A program made the position numbers and the translations under genes. This document shows, in pieces, positions 63,304 through 64,000 of a DNA stretch of 64,000 bases; within the stretch, counting starts at the first letter, position 1; each line of letters begins with the position of its first letter. Origin of the DNA: a virus (taxonomy: Duplodnaviria > Heunggongvirae > Uroviricota > Caudoviricetes); IMG/VR virus record IMGVR_UViG_3300035208_002606; one strand, 5' to 3'. The notes below the pieces were generated by a model. The model ran no database searches. It saw only the letters and a program-made list of their open reading frames with translations, and was not told the origin of the DNA.

Positions 63304-64000
63304 ATGATAGGAGTTGCAAATTCTTATATTTTCAGTTACGTCCCATTGGGGCTTATCGTTCCTTATTACACAGCGGACGCTGTTCCTAGCGGATGGGCAT
63401 TATTCGATTCTGCGGACGGAAAATACATAACAGGTGCAGATTCAGGTGATGCCGATTACAGCGTGGGGGCGCACTCAGGAACCGATGCCACTTTCGATGT
63501 TGTTACAAGCGATGAGGGCAAACATTTGGGAGACGGGGAAACCGTAAGATTAGGAAATTTGCCCGGGCAATATCCTGGACCCCCAATACAACTTGAAATA
63601 AGAAAAGGAGCAAACAAGGGGGGAGAGCATTCACACACCATTACATATACCCCAACATTGGGATATGAGCAAATGAGGTTTATCAAATCAACAGAAAATC
63701 ATGATAAATTTCCCGCAAACTCTCTCGTATTAACAAGTTCAATATTGACCCCCCCTTCAGGAGTAACTCAGCAAATTGTTGTCGCAGATTCCGCACACAA
63801 TAGATTTTTAAAATCCAATACAAGTATCACAACCGCTTACACTTCAGTAAGTCCTGCATGTTCTACAGATGGAGACCATGACCATGATTGGGTTACTTTA
63901 GCAAATACTGCCTTTGAAAGGGGAGAAGCAGGGTCAAGCGAACAAGTAGTTGTTATAACTGGACCTAGTGATACTGATGGAGACCACGCTCATACATTTG
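63304..64000 (+). CDS. tail collar-domain fibre protein, 3'-truncated
   Basis: Hand translation ...VPLGLIVPYY...PSGWALF...GKYITGA; appears open to the window end. Confidence 0.6.
   Translation, partial: MIGVANSYIFSYVPLGLIVPYYTADAVPSGWALFDSADGKYITGADSGDADYSVGAHSGTDATFDVVTSDEGKHLGDGETVRLGNLPGQYPGPPIQLEIRKGANKGGEHSHTITYTPTLGYEQMRFIKSTENHDKFPANSLVLTSSILTPPSGVTQQIVVADSAHNRFLKSNTSITTAYTSVSPACSTDGDHDHDWVTLANTAFERGEAGSSEQVVVITGPSDTDGDHAHTF

Noticed and set aside
1-64000. Alternative genetic code (TAG/TGA recoding), as seen in some large phages
   Set aside because: Large structural genes are intact in code 11, and all three stop codons terminate genes at coupled overlaps.

Overview
This 64-kb window comes from a large T4-like (myovirus, probably jumbo) phage genome read in the standard genetic code. 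It has three blocks. (1) 1-12329, mostly + strand, is an early/accessory region driven by near-consensus sigma70 promoters (TTGACA-N17-TATAAT). It holds a MoxR-like AAA ATPase, SWIM, ART-like and PTP-like genes, and a head-to-tail array of 17 paralogous small Cys-rich ORFs (5092-9725) joined by a conserved DNA junction. (2) 12332-34106, - strand, holds two GH5-like hydrolases, a repeat-rich tail fibre, a 1280-aa multidomain glycosyltransferase, a methyltransferase/GT9 fusion, ribosomal protein bS21 and a nucleotidyltransferase. (3) 34241-64000, + strand, is the contractile tail module: terminator, sheath, four tube paralogues, chaperone, tape measure with an M15 peptidase, baseplate and fibres, with T4-like late promoter boxes (xATAAATA). 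Six free-standing homing endonucleases (3 HNH, 3 GIY-YIG) are scattered through blocks 2-3, and three of them share a structured leader. The most notable items are the Cys-rich cassette array with sequence evidence of unit loss or gain at the junction, the endonuclease-associated leader RNA, a probable +1/-2 frameshift in the tail chaperone, and a possible virion-glycosylation system. All family calls rest on motifs read by eye; no database searches were run.
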